Made by a program: the position numbers and the translations under genes. Of a DNA stretch of 35,863 bases, positions 34,345-35,863 are shown in pieces (position 1 is the stretch's first letter; every line of letters begins with the position of its first letter). The DNA lies in the IMG/VR virus record IMGVR_UViG_3300015203_000018, positions 1-35,863 of that record; one strand, 5' to 3'. Under the pieces are notes generated by a model. That model was not told where the DNA came from. It worked only from the letters and a program-made list of their open reading frames with translations, and searched no databases. This DNA comes from a virus. Lineage: Duplodnaviria > Caudoviricetes.

Positions 34345-34670
34345 CTAAACCTAATCGACTCGGATATATCACGGTAAGCAAGAAACAGCCGTTTTTTACG
34401 ATCTATGTTCAGGTCGTAAAACTAAACGACGTTACTACTTCGGGGGCTACTGGACTATCGGTAACTAGGCTAGGCGATACAGCGCCATGCGCCAACTATA
34501 GCCCGTTGCTTATAGATACGAATGCTAATAGCTTTCAGTTCGCTATAAATAGCTTAGTTACTAGTAAGGCAGGTGGAAGGTATCAAGGCGTGCTTACCTA
34601 TAAGGGTACAGTGCTAGGTACTTTCCCATTTGTATTCGATAAACCTAATCCAGTATTAGTAGGTGCATAA
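34341..34670 (+). CDS. virion/tail protein
   Basis: Beta-rich 109 aa protein, GTGA-coupled. Confidence 0.6.
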   Translation: MTKPNRLGYITVSKKQPFFTIYVQVVKLNDVTTSGATGLSVTRLGDTAPCANYSPLLIDTNANSFQFAINSLVTSKAGGRYQGVLTYKGTVLGTFPFVFDKPNPVLVGA

Positions 34671-35158
34671 TGTTTAAGCCCGTACACGGAGTAAGAGGCA
34701 GTTTAACTGCGCCAATTAATACAATGGCTACGTCATTGCTATTAGACGATGCTACGGTATGCCTACTTAAAAATATGCTGTCCGGTAGTGACTATACCTA
34801 CTTGATGATTCAGACAGGGTATAATTACGAGATAGTAAAGACCGTATCTTTTACTGGTAATGCATTAAACGTAGTCCGCGCTCAAGACGCTACGATAGCG
34901 CAGTCATTCCCAAGCGGGGCTAGTGTAGTATTCGTACTTAGCCAATCAGCCATAGACGATATAGTGAGCCAACAGAATATAGGGCAGATTCAGATTACGG
35001 GAGCCGGTATAGTAACAGTCACAGAGATAGCGCCTAATCAATTCAGTATCTCGGCCCCTATGATTAATATAACGAGTGATTCCGAAAAAATACTCGTAGG
35101 CGGGGAATTTCCTAACTTCGTAATTTCGAGTCCGCTATTATCCGACTGCTGTGATTAA
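34670..35158 (+). CDS. tail-associated protein, paralog 1
   Basis: EIVK...VVRAQD.T.A..F.SG, typical of tail fibre or spike N-terminal attachment domains. Confidence 0.65.
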   Translation: MFKPVHGVRGSLTAPINTMATSLLLDDATVCLLKNMLSGSDYTYLMIQTGYNYEIVKTVSFTGNALNVVRAQDATIAQSFPSGASVVFVLSQSAIDDIVSQQNIGQIQITGAGIVTVTEIAPNQFSISAPMINITSDSEKILVGGEFPNFVISSPLLSDCCD

Positions 35159-35863
35159 GGTACTATATAATGCTATAGGTACATTAGTAGCGACGATCTT
35201 AGAGAATACTACGGTACTCTCTGTAGATTCGACGTTACAGGCAACCTTACTTTCCGCGATAGGTACAGGAGATTGGACGTACTTAGCTATAGATAATGGC
35301 GATAGCGTAGAGGTAGTAAAGATATATAGGGTAGATTCTTCGGGGCTGCGGGTAATACGCGCACAGGACAATACCCTAGCTAGGAAGTTTGCGGCGGGTA
35401 CGCCAATAGCATATAGGCTTACGGCAGCAGAGATTAGGGATTCAATAATAGCGCCGCCGTTAATTTTATTGCCCTACGGCGGCATAGACATAAATGGACG
35501 CGAAGTAAGTTACTTTCAGATAACTATAGAGGGGCTAGGTGGAGCGTTCGCTACTGCTAGCGAGAACGATGTTAGATTAGGTAGGAATGAACAAGCGTAT
35601 GGATGCTGTAGCCTAGATAACCCAGGAATACCGCCGATAGGCCCGCCGTATGAGTATTTAACTAGTCAACTCTACCCAATAGAAGCGGAAGATGGTTACG
35701 AGTGCGTAACTGCGCTACTAGCAGGACTGGTACAAGGCGTTAATAGGGATGCGTACGAAACAGATACAGCGCTAACAGGTGGGGCACTTAGAGCGATAGT
35801 ACAGGTATACGATATGCCTCGTACGGATGCGTACGAAACAGATACAGCTCTAACAGGAGGCGA
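35151..35863 (+). CDS. tail-associated protein, paralog 2, truncated by the window edge
   Basis: Missed by the ORF track. Open from GTG 35151: MIKVLYNAIGTL...DWTYLAI...EVVK...VIRAQDNTLARKFAAG...YLTSQLYPIE...DAYETDTALTGG x2. Confidence 0.8.
   Translation, partial: MIKVLYNAIGTLVATILENTTVLSVDSTLQATLLSAIGTGDWTYLAIDNGDSVEVVKIYRVDSSGLRVIRAQDNTLARKFAAGTPIAYRLTAAEIRDSIIAPPLILLPYGGIDINGREVSYFQITIEGLGGAFATASENDVRLGRNEQAYGCCSLDNPGIPPIGPPYEYLTSQLYPIEAEDGYECVTALLAGLVQGVNRDAYETDTALTGGALRAIVQVYDMPRTDAYETDTALTGG
35747..35857 (+). repeat. 33-bp direct repeat with 78-bp period (DAYETDTALTG)
   Basis: GGATGCGTACGAAACAGATACAGC(G/T)CTAACAGG at 35747 and 35825. Confidence 0.9.

Noticed and set aside
35747-35857. 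Diversity-generating retroelement TR/VR pair
   Set aside because: It is a short in-frame protein repeat with a single G/T difference rather than adenine-specific changes, and no reverse transcriptase is seen.

Overview
Internal ~36 kb segment of a tailed dsDNA phage genome. It is probably a short-tailed phage of a Gram-negative, likely proteobacterial, host (inferred from CsrA, a DUF3309-like peptide and a lipoprotein in the lysis block). No integrase or repressor is visible. Two divergent arms meet at ~21.0-22.1 kb. The minus-strand arm (1-21.7 kb) carries early and host-takeover genes (amidoligase, MoxR-type AAA ATPase plus partner, DUF3846, SprT protease, many small ORFs), three tRNAs, a CsrA homolog and a replication block (DUF3310, family A DNA polymerase, ATP-dependent ligase, Cas4-like nuclease, VRR-NUC, SNF2-like helicase). 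The plus-strand arm (22.2-35.9 kb) carries terminase, a lysis block, portal, scaffold, major capsid, duplicated capsid accessory proteins, adaptors and tail proteins. The most notable signals are: (1) a type II hammerhead ribozyme with a variant core between the amidoligase and the AAA operon; (2) strong TpA enrichment with NTA codon bias, matched by tRNAs for GTA, TTA and probably ATA; (3) a phage CsrA together with consensus CsrA sites in phage leaders; (4) a pseudoknotted RNA candidate flanked by direct repeats; (5) a ~20-copy GAAACA array at the arm junction; (6) a CAAGCCGGG(G)A motif shared by several sigma70 promoters. All calls come from reading motifs by eye; no database searches were run.
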